Assembly (NCBI GenBank): GCA_951406725.2
Contig: OX597828.1
Coordinates: forward strand, 4,030,001 to 4,094,000
Reading direction: 5' to 3'
From: Octopus vulgaris
Taxonomy: Eukaryota
DNA: 64,000 nucleotides
The notes under the pieces were generated by a model. That model saw only the letters and a list, made by a program, of their open reading frames with translations, made no database searches and was not told the origin of the DNA. Every line of letters begins with the position of its first letter. Position 1 is the stretch's first letter. This document shows positions 1 to 13,139 of the stretch, in pieces. Both the position numbers and the translations under genes were made by a program.

Positions 1-220
1 CGCACTTGGTCAAATTTTCTTGTTAAATTTTTTCTATTTTCTTTTATCGTTTATTTTTTATTAATTTCCTTTTCGTACAATCGATGTAAATTCCCATTCT
101 GCTGTATTTTGTCGTTTCTATCGTCAATATTTTTGGTCAGTCATTGTGCTTCTGACTGATAAAGTTAATACTCCTCCTCCTAACCGTCGCCTCTTCCTCC
201 CCTCAAATAATGTAAATAAT

Positions 221-221
<1 letters not shown>

Positions 222-287
<66 letters not shown>
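222..287. repeat. (TAT)n microsatellite
   Basis: Perfect trinucleotide tract; forms the 3' tail/target of the minus-strand element at 288-540. Confidence 0.95.
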
Positions 288-540
288 CATTTACTTTTAA
301 TCTGCATGTTTGTTACAATCACTCGCCGAGACACACCTGGCGTCCCAGGGCGACTGAAGGATAAGAGATTGTACAGTAAAAGCGTGAGGAGGGGAAGTGG
401 GAGGGGAAGTAACAAAGTATCTTCGGGTTTTTCTGAGGATGTGGGGGGTACTTGTCAGTACAACCTTTTGGATTTCTCTGAGACATTGTCCTCCTGGGCA
501 ATTATCTAGATGTTACATACATCACTTTCTTATAATATTA
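288..540 (-). mobile_element. 3' fragment of R4/Dong-clade RLE non-LTR retrotransposon (family A)
   Basis: Minus strand translates to ...PGGQCLREIQKVVLTSTPHILRKT, homologous to EIQKIVLMGTAHILRKIL at 3068-3454; a short 3'UTR runs into (TAA)n. Confidence 0.75.
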
Positions 541-541
541 C

Positions 542-720
<179 letters not shown>

Positions 721-1274
721 AGACGCACTGATGCAGTACCAGGCAGTGGCTCTCATGGCTTCTGATCTTAACTGATTGGAAGTGTTATCATCTACATTGT
801 TTTGTCTTGGTATAAAAGATGGGCTACAGCAAATATTCTGCTCAATACCACAGATTTGCTTGTCAGTTGTTTGACTTTAACCAGTTGAGCATGTCCCTTA
901 GTGGCTGACGATATGTGCATCTCTGATCACGAGCAGAAGTAGTGGGGGAGCATCATAGCCATGTGTTGAGAGGGATTCTTTGGGGTTTGAATAATTCACC
1001 TCTGGAAACATGGGTGGTTCTTTCAACATCCTTAAACAATCCTTATTCAGGGACCTTTTGAGCGGGACGGGCTACTCAACCTGAAGAAAATTCTAACTGG
1101 GCTTCAGCTGCAAGGTCATGTGCTGTTTATCTTGATATGAGATCACCATGTAGCGCACATATGGTTGTGATGCATGTGCCTGGTGTACCCTTATCAGACG
1201 GGTAGTCATGATGCGTATATTGGGCTTCGTATATTTTACCCCAGTGTCACTTTGATGGCATGAACTGCTCTCTC

Positions 1275-1275
<1 letters not shown>
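721..1275 (+). mobile_element. ~550 bp non-coding (TAA)n-anchored interspersed repeat, copy 1
   Basis: Collinear with 1959-2482; both end in GCTCTCTCA followed by (AAT)n; no ORF. Confidence 0.8.
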
Positions 1276-2482
<1,207 letters not shown>

Positions 2483-2497
2483 AATAATAAAAATAAA

Positions 2498-2638
<141 letters not shown>

Positions 2639-2661
2639 TATAATAATAATAATAATAATAA

Positions 2662-3669
2662 CTGCGGCCTTAGATATTCTGAATAATAAATGGCAAGAGA
2701 AACCTCTCTATGGCAAATACTCAAAGAGAGCGAATAATGCAGATATTGACATAGCCCTGACCCATCAATGGCAATTGACCTCTGGCTTAAAATCTGAAAC
2801 AGAAGGGTTTATCATAGCAGCTCAAGATCAATGCCTACCAACAAGAAACTACCAGGCCAACATATTAAAGAACGGCAGTAGCCCAACATGTCGTATATGC
2901 CGACAACAATATGAAACCATTGATCATGTTGTCTCCAAATGCAGTCTTCTTGCGCCTACAGAGGTTCTCAACAGGCATGATAGAGCTGCACAATATATTC
3001 ACTGGGTAATTTGCAAAAACCTGGATTTGCCCCATGAAAAAACTGGTGGGAACACAAGCCACCTCCAGTGATTGAAAATGACCACATCTCACTCCTCTGG
3101 AACTTCACCACTCAAACTGACAGGAAGATAGATGCAAATAGGCCAGACATCATATTGAAATACCTCAGACAAAGAACATGCCTCCTCATTGATATGACTG
3201 TCCCAATCGATATAAACGTATCTGTCAAGACCTACCAAAAACTGAGCAAATATAAAGATCTTGAAATAGAAATCAGCAAAATGTGGAAGCTGAAAACTAA
3301 AACAATACCTGTTGTCATAGGTGCCCTGGGAATGATAGCGAAAGGGACTGATTGCTACCTAACTCAGATACCAGGAAACCCCAAAATGGCAGAAATTCAA
3401 AAGATAGTGCTCATGGGAACTGCTCATATCCTACGCAAAATACTCTCTATGTAATCCCAAGGTTTAAAACAAACTTTTTTTTTATTTATTTTTTTTTTTT
3501 TTTTGTTTATTTTTTATTTTTATGTATTAGACATTCACTAGTACAACACCAAAAAAACCCCAAAAAAACCCCCCCAAATATATGGCACATAACTTCTAAC
3601 CTGTTGTCTCTTGAGGTCTCTGGGTGAGACTTGGAGCCAACTTGTACAGACATAAAGCAAAAGTCAAAC

Positions 3670-3670
<1 letters not shown>
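2662..3670 (+). mobile_element. 5'-truncated R4/Dong-clade element (family B): CCHC finger plus restriction-like endonuclease, frameshifted
   Basis: ORFs 2775-3071 and 3068-3454 contain CRICRQQYETIDHVVSKC, RHD, NRPDII, IDMTVP, KLSKY and VIGALG; the 3'UTR ends in (TAA)n. Confidence 0.9.
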
Positions 3671-3721
<51 letters not shown>

Positions 3722-3737
3722 TAATAATAATAATAAT

Positions 3738-4327
3738 AGGACACGACAGAGTTGGGACCTATATACACTGAAAGCTATGTCAACATTATGAAATAACAAC
3801 AGAAAAAAGATGGTATAGGCACACACCAAAAAAGGTAAAAGAAAACGAGAAAGCAACCATACTCTGGGATATGCCAATACACACAGATAGAGAAATTAAG
3901 GCCAACAGACCAGATATAGTTGTCAGAGATCACGAAGAAAAAAATTGCTTTCTAATTGATGTATCAATTCTATCAGATGACAACGCGTCTCTAAAAGAAA
4001 TGGAGAAACTTTCAAAATACAAAGACCTGGAAATAGAGGTAACCAGAATGTGGAATCTAAAAACAGAGACAATTCCTATCATAGTAGGTGCATTAGGCAT
4101 GATAAAAAAATATTCAGACAAATACATAACAAAAACACCAGGACTCACAAACACATATAACATACAAAAAATTGCACTACTAGGCACTGCTCACATCCTA
4201 CGCAGAACACTTTCCATACAGTAACCATCAGAGCATCACAACAAATCACAGCACATACCCAAGGCACACAGAGCTGCGCTCGGTAGTGAAGTGAAAGCAC
4301 GTTATAAAAATAAAACTACTGAATGAC
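3738..4327 (+). mobile_element. 5'-truncated R4/Dong-clade element (family C): RLE domain and 3'UTR
   Basis: Starts at an (R)HDRVG-like motif; ORF 3871-4224 has NRPDIVV, IDVSI, KLSKYKDL, IVGALG and GTAHILRR; ends in (TAA)n. Confidence 0.9.
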
Positions 4328-4397
<70 letters not shown>

Positions 4398-4398
4398 T

Positions 4399-4465
<67 letters not shown>

Positions 4466-4497
4466 TATAAGTATTATTATTATCATTATTATTATTG
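4328..4497. repeat. (AAT)n immediately followed by (TAT)n (inverted microsatellite pair)
   Basis: Tract polarity flips at ~4396-4405, between two convergent elements. Confidence 0.9.
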
Positions 4498-6707
4498 CAT
4501 GGTACTACTGCTACCTTTTTCATCGACCACAACTGCTTAACTTCCTAAGCTAACCAGTCGTATCTCTCAACTTTTCTTTCTTCCTTATCACATAACTTCT
4601 CAACTGGGCATGCTGTATCTATGATCCAGCATAGTTTGTTTTCTTTCCCAATTAAGACTATGTCTGGCTTCCTATTCTCCATTTCATGGTCGCACTGAAT
4701 CCTAAAATCCCATAGGATTATATCATTTTCGATGATGCCTTCGGGTTTATGTTCGTACCAATTTTTTGCTTAGTCAAGTCCATACTTGTTGCAAAGTGTC
4801 CAATGGACGAGCCTTGCTATATTGTCATAGCGTCTCTTATATTCCTTGTGGGCTAGTGGCATACATTGGCTGGTAATATGTCATACGGTTTCGCTATTTT
4901 GTCCACAAATTCTGCACTTGTCATTTTCTGATGAGTTGTCTATTCTGTATTTCATGTAGTTTGTTCTTAGTACTTGCTCTTGGGCAGTACTTTTTAGAGT
5001 CTCAGTTTCCGTTTTAAATCACTTTTAGTCATCCACAGCCATCTTATTTCTCTGTCTGTCTTATCTTCAACATCCCTTTGAAACTGAACTTGCATTCTTT
5101 TCTTTACCCGCCTATTTTCAGTTTCATTCTTTTTTAATTTTTTAATCTTTCATCCTACACAAGCCTGGCATTTTTACTTCTAATAATAGTGGTTCTGTGG
5201 CATTTTTCACATACTATGTAGTTTTCTTCTGCTCTAATGCTGTGTTCGCATCGAATAAGTGCCCTTCCCCTTATTTTTCTTGGTACATAGAGTCTGTCTG
5301 TGTCACGTTTTGGGTGAAGTGTCCCATATCTAGTAAGCAACTTCCTTGTCTTTCTGTCTATGTTTAATTCGTGTACTCCTGCTCCATATCTAAGGAGTGA
5401 AACCACCCAGGAGTTGATAACTTCAATCTTATTCTGTCCGTTTAATTTCGACTCGAGTATCAGTCCCAGTCAACTTCATTCTGATATCAGCATTGAAAGT
5501 ATACACCGTCTAAACGGGGGAACTGACTTGTGATTCATATATACCTTAAAGTTTGAGGTCATCCATGAATAACAATTGGTAGACATTTTGTTGGCGGCTT
5601 TTAAATACATGCCCAGCCTATGCTTTCCTCGGAATTAGTGTTAGTGGTATCATGCACAGTACAAAGATCAGTGGGGACAGGCAGTCTCCTTGGAGGATGC
5701 CTCTCCTGATTTCTATTGTCCCTTAACTTCTTCCATATGCTGTCAGGTCCGTCCTCCACTTCGCCATACTTTCTCTAAGCAATCGCTCAGCATTCAATGC
5801 AATACCGAGTAGGTACATACATTCCATAATTCAGGAATGTGGGATCATATCGTACGCCTTACGACAATCGATCCACGACAAGTTTAAGTTAGTTTTCCTT
5901 CTCTTGCAGTCTCTAAGTACAGTTTTGTCTACCAGCAGTTGATCTTTGGTACCTCTGCACTTACGCTTGCAACCCTTCTGCTCATGTGGCAGGACTCCAT
6001 TTTTTTTTCTAAATGTCCGTACATTGACTCTGCGACTATTTCAGTCAATAATTTCCACGTAAGCAGAAAACAGGATAACGGCCTGTAATTGCCTTTTCGA
6101 TGTTTTCAAGCACAGCACTGCCTTACCCAATGTCAACCACTCTGGTGTTACTTCCTCGGCATTTAACAAGGTATTCAGTTCCGCAGCTATTCGTGCATGA
6201 CATTCACCAAATCTTTTGATCCAGTAGCCTTGAACTACATCTGCCTCCGGGGCTTTCCAGTTTTTTTGCTAATTTCCTTCACTTCCTTAACTGAAATGAC
6301 TATTTCTGCCTGTTTTGGACAGACTACTGTTTATTTCAGTTCTTAAAGCCATTTAACATCCTTTTTGTGCTCCTTGTCTTTACTCCAGATGTCACTCCAA
6401 AAACTTTTGACTTTCAATGTTAACTGGTATCAACTTTTCATCTGTACACTCTCCATTTATTCCTTTATAGAATCTCTTCTGATCTACTCTGAATAACCTA
6501 ATCTGGTGGTAACCCTTCATTCTTTGATCGTATCTTACTATCTTTGCTTTCTTTGCAATGAGACGCTGTTTCAGTTCCTCCATTAAAACATTCAGGCCTT
6601 TTCTTTCAATATTATACTTTCTGTTCAGTGCCCTGTATTTTTGTTCGCTTTAAAGTGCCCCCTTTTCTCTTCGGTCTAACACAGAAATCTCCTTCGAGAA
6701 CATATGT
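4498..6707 (-). mobile_element. Decayed R4/Dong-clade element (family E): RT and RLE pseudogene, truncated at both ends
   Basis: Minus strand shows FMDDLKL (~5570-5550), DRKTRKLLT...HPKRDTDRLYVPRK (ORF 5155-5406), a CRIC...ETV.HI...C finger, RKPDIV and VAVVP; many stops and frameshifts. Confidence 0.85.
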
Positions 6708-6708
6708 A

Positions 6709-6770
<62 letters not shown>

Positions 6771-9547
6771 CATGTTTTTTCCTTCTTTCTTCAAATTTTC
6801 TTCCGTTTCTCGCCGAGTGTTTTCCATACACTTAGGGCAGAGAAGGGCATTGTATGCATTTCCAGATTACACGCGCAAATTCAAAGATAAAATATTTATT
6901 TAAAAATTCATAAATAAATAAATTCATGGATTGGATGTTATTTTCACAGCGATAGTGCTCTTCTCAGTACATGAGCCGTTCCAGTTAATTATGATTTTTT
7001 GCACTTCCTACAGGGATGGTAAGCCTGGAATCATTTTCAAATAGGTTTCAGTACCTTTTTTTTTATCATTCCTAAAGATCCTACAATCACTGGTTCTGTA
7101 GTCGCCTTGAGATGCTACATTTTTTCAATTTCTATTAGCAGGTCTTTATATTTACTAATCTTGTCAAATTCTTTCGCCGCTATATTGTGATCACAGGGAA
7201 TACTCATGTCAATTAATAAACACGCCCTTTTTGTCTGATCTTTTATAATAATATCCGGTTTATTAGCTTTTATAGTCCTGTCGGTCTGCACAGGAAAGTC
7301 CCATAGAATCGACACATTTTCTCCCTCAGTCACAGCTTCAGGATGATGTTTAGACCATTTGTCAGCGGTTTTGATTTTTTAATGCTGTCCAATGTAAATA
7401 ATGGCCGACTCTGTCATGTCTTGCTTTATATTCTACAGGCGCTAAAACTCTACACCCTGAGATTAGGTGGTCTATTGTTTCAGTCTCATCGTTACAGAAT
7501 CGGCATTTTGGGTCAGCTCCATTTTTTATCACGTTGGCTTGGTAGTTCCGGGTTAATAAGCTTTGGTCTTGAGCAGCTAATATGAAACCTTCACTCTCTG
7601 CTTTTAGCCCTGAGCTTCGTAACAATTGGTGTGTGTCTTTCTGGTCGACATCAGCTTGTTTGCTACGGGCGCATACTTGCCATGGAGAGGTTTGTGTTCC
7701 CATCTGCTAGCTAAATTTTCATGTCCTTTTGTCTTTGCAATTAATTTTATTTCCTTTGCAGCTGCAGTTGGCGCATTTCCTTCAGCCTGTTCAATCTGGT
7801 GGGTATCTAAGAGATCAGCAGCGAATGTTTTGCTCTCTTTGAGAATAGAGTAAAGTGTTTTAGGTCTTTCATGTTTTTCAACAAGTTTTAGCATCCAATC
7901 GTTGGTTGCTTCAAGGTATTTGGCCAGTCCGATTGTGGTGGTTTTGTATGTAAGTTCAAGCTGGATCAAACCCCGACCTTCCTGAGCTCTGGGAAGGTAA
8001 AGGCGATCCACGTCTGCCTTTGGTTGGTGCATCTTATTACAAGTCAGTAGCCTGCGGATTTTTCTGTCAATTTTCATTATTTCACTGGTATCCCAGTTAC
8101 GCACATTGAAGCTATAAAGAACAACTGGTACTGCTAAGGAGTTTATGGCTAAAACCTTATTATATGCATTCAGCTCAGACTTCAGGACTGCTCGAACTCT
8201 TCTATAACATTCTTTCCTAACCTTCTCTTTCATGCTTGCATGCTGGATACCAGAGCCTTCATTTATTCCTAGGTATTTATAGGTCTGTTCCTGCTCAAGT
8301 TCCTTTATTACTATTTCGACATATAATTCAATTGAACTAGACTTTACCAATTTCCCTTTCTTAAAAGTGGCTTTGGCACACTTTTCAAAGCCAAACTCCA
8401 TCCCGATATCATCACTGAATCCTTTCACATTATGTAATAATCCTTCAAGCTCTTCATCATCTTTGCCATATAGCTTTAAATCATCCATATAAAATAGATG
8501 GCTTATTTTCTTGTTGTCAATTTTGTAGCCATATCCTGTTCTATTCAGTTCACTTGTGAGTGGTATTAGTGCTATACAGAAAATTAGTGGTGAAAGTGAG
8601 TCACATTGGAAAATTCCACAGTTTATGCTAATGTTGTTTGAGTGCAATACTCCATTAGAATGATATAATTGGAGCTTCGTGTTCCATAGTGACATATTAT
8701 ACTTTAAAAAATCTGAAATCACAGGAGAAATTTTGAAAATGTCCAGCGATTTCAGAATCCACGAATGTGGTATGCTGTCAAAGGCTTTTTTATAATCAAT
8801 CCATGAAGAGCTGAGATTTCTGCGCTTGTTATGGCAGTTCTCAAGGATTATGCGATTAATTAGGAGCTGATCTTTGCATCCGTATGAGCCTCGTCTGCAT
8901 CCTTTTTGTTCATTGGGAAAGATGTTATTCTCTTCCATAAACGTATATGTTTTCTCTACTAGAATAGATGTCAAAATCTTATAGGTAGTAGATAAACATG
9001 TTATAGGCCGGTAGTTTTTTGGGTCTTTCGTTTTGTTACTTTTGGGGAGGAGGTAAGTAATATCATTTGCCATCCAATGTGGTGTTTTTTCGGGGTCTTT
9101 CGTAATACTATTAAATAGTATTACTAACATTTTGTGTGCGGACGAGAGTGATGGGAGCCAGAAATTTGGTACTCTATCAATACCAGGGGATTTCCACTTA
9201 TGAGCCTTCGTTAGTGCCCTCCTTAGGTCGGCGATTGAGATGTCTTTCCATACCTGTTCTTGTAGATTTTGTAGGCATCTTGGGTGCGTTTGATCCACTC
9301 TGCATTTTCATTGTATGGTTTCTCATCACTCAGATCCCCTTCCAAAAGTTTTCAACTTCTTCCATTAAGGGTGGATTTTCAATGATTATTTTTTTCTTTC
9401 CAAATTTCCTTGTAAAATGAATTGGCATTGGATTTGACATCTTATTTTGTTTGTAGAATTTGATTCTTTTCTCAAATCTGCGTATTCTCTGAGCTTTTGC
9501 TTGAACTTTTTGTTTAAGTGTTTCTTTCGCTGACATTAGTTCTTCTC

Positions 9548-9548
<1 letters not shown>
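6771..9548 (-). mobile_element. R4/Dong-clade RLE non-LTR retrotransposon (family D), 5'-truncated, frameshifted
   Basis: ORFs 9330-9536, 7604-9298, 7362-7703 and 7115-7333 are collinear pieces of one RT-CCHC-RLE protein; (TAT)n at 6708-6770 and 9549-9716. Confidence 0.93.
7604..9298 (-). pseudogene. Reverse transcriptase of non-LTR retrotransposon (564 aa open segment)
   Basis: NYRPITCL, EQKGC, WIDYKKAFDSIPH, GIFQCDSLSPL (QGD changed to QCD), YMDDLKL, YKYLG and GRGL motifs; frameshifts on both sides. Confidence 0.92.
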
Positions 9549-9607
<59 letters not shown>

Positions 9608-9654
9608 TATTATTATTATTATTATTATCATCATCATCATCATCATCATCATTA

Positions 9655-9716
<62 letters not shown>

Positions 9717-9909
9717 TTAGCGGCATGCTGGTATAATCTTTACAGTGTCGTACAGATTGTGTAGCAGCGTTTCTAACGACTGTTTTGTGTTCTGAGTGCA
9801 AATAGCGCCAACATCGACTTTCACCACTTTGCGGGGTCTTAAACTAGTTACAAAGCAAGTGATTGCCTTCTTCCTGCCCACAAATTTAAGATATTATGCC
9901 TATATTAGA

Positions 9910-10285
9910 AAGGAAAGGTACAAATGGCCAAACTCGTAAGTATGCTAAACGAAGTACTTTGTGGCACTTCTTCCGGCTCTGCGTTCTGAGTTGAAATACT
10001 GACGAAGCCAAAATAGATTGTCATCTGTTCGACATCTACGAAATCGATGATTCCCTTTGCTAGCCTCGTCCTTAAATTTAATGCAATTATTAACGTTATT
10101 TTATGAAAAAAGGTGACGAACTGGCAGAATCGTTAGCAGGATTGACTAGATGCCTAGCTGCATTTTGTCAGTCTTTACTTTCTGAGTTCAAATGCCACAT
10201 GGGGCAACTTTGCCTTTCATTCATCCTTTCATGGTAGATAAAATAAGTACCAGTTGGCCTTGTGCCAGAATTTAAAAACATTAAC
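9910..10285 (+). mobile_element. Two degenerate tRNA-derived SINE copies (family S1)
   Basis: 10110-10285 has CTGGCAGAATCGTTAGC (A box-like), TTCTGAGTTCAAAT (B box-like), ACTTTGCCTTTCAT and ATAAGTACCAG, shared with 17000, 46713 and 54524; a more eroded copy lies at ~9910-10050. Confidence 0.7.
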
Positions 10286-10938
10286 ATTATTATAAGATCT
10301 GTGGATTTACACACCGGTTTCTCTTTTCTTTTTTTCACTTTGAATCTAATGAGGTAAAATTAGTTTATTACTCGGGTTGATCTCCCGAACTGACACCAGC
10401 CTGTCAAAATTGCTGGCTTCCCATCGAAATCACAAATCATTATCATTATTTTCACATCATTATCTACTGTACACGATCATGTTTCTTGGTCTCATGAATT
10501 AACTAGTATAAAGTTGTTATCAACGTCTGACTGAGAGACGGCTTTCACAGACTACCACTGTTTCTATAAAACTTCGATTGTATATAGTAACTGACAGCGT
10601 TATATCTGCAAGTTGTTTATTTCTGTATATGGCTATTTCTTGAGCTTAATTTTAAATTAATTTAGATATTATTAGAGTTGGCTTTAATTATTATAATTAT
10701 TAGATCTGCTGCTTTTTAAAAAAATTCTTTTACAAGCAAAGCGGCCATAACATAATTATCAATACTAATGAACCTATTCGTGGTCTTGTGGTGCCAAAGT
10801 CTAGTCTTTACCAGTTTAAATATAAACACCAAGTTTTTGCTGTTATTTTCTTTTTGTATTCTCCTGACTTCTTACGAAGTTATTTCACTTCTGCATGTTT
10901 GAAAGAGACATTTTTGAATAAGAAGGAAACATATTAAA

Positions 10939-10988
<50 letters not shown>

Positions 10989-10992
<4 letters not shown>

Positions 10993-13090
10993 TCCGTGAT
11001 GAATTCGAGACTCGGACTGACGTCAACCAGTTCCTGCGCCGCCTCAATCTTCACGCATTCTTCCACGCGTCCCCGCAGTGTCACAACAATCAGGATTGCC
11101 TTTTAGAGCTGGGGCGCCGGCCATCCATCTGGACACCGCCCCCAGGCCTATTCAGTAGCCTAGATTTGTTCGTGAATGACTGCAACGCGCTGGTCCACCG
11201 GTTCAACTTTAAACGAAGACCCCTCCGAGACAACCTCACTCGGGCTGAATCGATTGCCCTTCGCCACCTCCGCCGCCGCAATGACATTGTCATGAAACCG
11301 GCGGATAAAGGCGGAGCAGTGGTGGTGTGGCGCGCGGACATATACAGGGAGGAAGCGCTCAGCCAGCTTCAAAATCCTCTTTTCTATCGCCTCCTCCCCT
11401 CCGATCCCACCTCTTCCTACCAATAGCGAGTGTCCTCCACCATCCACGACCTCATCTCCTCTTATGCTCTCCCCCCCACCGCCACCAACCTCATCGTCCG
11501 CACACCCCGCACCTCCACCATCTATTTCCTTCCCAAAATCCATAAACCACAAAACCCTGGTCGTTCCATCGTGTCCGCATGTAATTGCCCCTCTGAACAC
11601 ATATCCCTATACCTCGACAGCATCTTGTCCCCCTTAGTCGCAGCCCTCCCATCTCACATACACGACACCAACCACGCCATCCGTCTCATCAATTCCTTTT
11701 CCTTCCCTTCTAGCCCCTCTCACCTCCTCTCACCTCCTCTTCACCCTTGACGTAAAATCCCTGTATACGGTCATTCCCCATAACGACGGTCCCCTAGCCC
11801 TCCAACACTTCCTCGACCGTCGTCCCGACCCCACCTCAGCACACCCACCCTTCTCCGCCTGGCTGAGCTCGTCCTCACCCACAACTGTTTCACGTTCGCC
11901 GGGAAAACGTACCAACAAGTGTCCGGGGTCGCGATGGGAACGAGAATGGGCCCTAATTTCGCCAATCTCTTTCTTGGCTACATTGAGGCCCAAGTATTCT
12001 CCCAATTCTCCGGACCGACCCCTGAACTATACGGTCGCTATATAGACGACTGCATAAGCGCCACCTCTCTTTCCAGCGAACTTCTCAGCCAATTCATCTC
12101 TTTCCTCTCCAACTTCCACCCCTCTCTACAATTCACTTCTACCATCTGTCAACACCTCTGTCAACTTCCTCGATATCTCTCTCAGCATCGACCACCCTCC
12201 CACTCTCTCACCACCTCCGCCTTCTTTAAACCCACGGATTCCCACCACTATCTCAACTTCTCCTCCTCCCACCCCTTCCACACCAAACGGGCCATCCCAT
12301 ACTCCAAGTTCCTCCGCCTCCGACGTTTGTGCAGCCGCGACCAGGATTTCGAGACCCAATCTCAATACCTGGCCCGCCTGTTCAGGCACCGAGGATACCC
12401 ACCTACACTAATCTCAATTGCCCTCGCCCGCGCCCGTCGCATCGACCGCACCACCGCCCTTTCTCCTTCCTCTCACCCACCCCCCAACCGCACCCCCTTT
12501 CCCCCTCCTTTTCCACCCCTCTACTCTACCCCTTCGTCGGAAGATACTACGTGCCTTCCGTCGCCTCCAGCTCGATCCCACGACCCGCCCCATTTTCCCC
12601 AACCCACCTCTGTCCTCCTTCAAACGAGCCCGGAATCTACACGACCTCCTGGTCCATAGCACCCTCCCTTCTTCCCCCTCAGCCCCACACGGATCTTTCC
12701 CGTGCGCTAGATCCCGCTGTAACACCTGCCCCTTCATCACCAACACCACTGCTGTCACCGGCTCCATCCAGCGAACTGTACGTATCAGACATTCTTTTAC
12801 ATGCACTTCGTCTGGCATCATATACTGTATTAAATGCAACCTTTGCGGAATGCTGTATATAGGACAGACGGGACGCCGAACATCTGAGGGATGTTCGTCT
12901 ACGGTCCCTTTCTCCCGTCGCACGTCACTTCTGCTCGGCCAACCATTCCCCCGATGACATCTCAGTGTTTGGCCTCACCCCACACAACGGTCTTCCGCAT
13001 TCCAGGCTCCGCTTGGAGCAACGCTTCATCTTCACTTCACAAACCATTACCCCACACGGACTCAACACAGCCCCCTCCTCTTAGTCTGCG
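10989..13090 (+). pseudogene. PLE polyprotein: reverse transcriptase, Cys linker and GIY-YIG endonuclease (disrupted)
   Basis: KPADKGGAVVVW, YFLPKIHKP..PGRSIVS, DVKSLYT, GVAMGTRMGP, RYIDD, KPTD..SSHP, CARSRCNTC and GIIYCIKC..C..LYIGQTGR, spread across ORFs 10938-11426, 11430-11750, 11919-12659 and 12418-12957. Confidence 0.92.
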
Positions 13091-13139
13091 CTCCACCTCT
13101 CTCCCCCCTTTTTTTTTCGAACACCCCCACATACCCACT

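Noticed and set aside
7604-9298. Intact RT gene or bacterial retron/group II intron RT
   Set aside because: Motifs and the downstream CCHC/RLE identify a non-LTR retrotransposon; it is frameshifted, 5'-truncated and has QGD changed to QCD.
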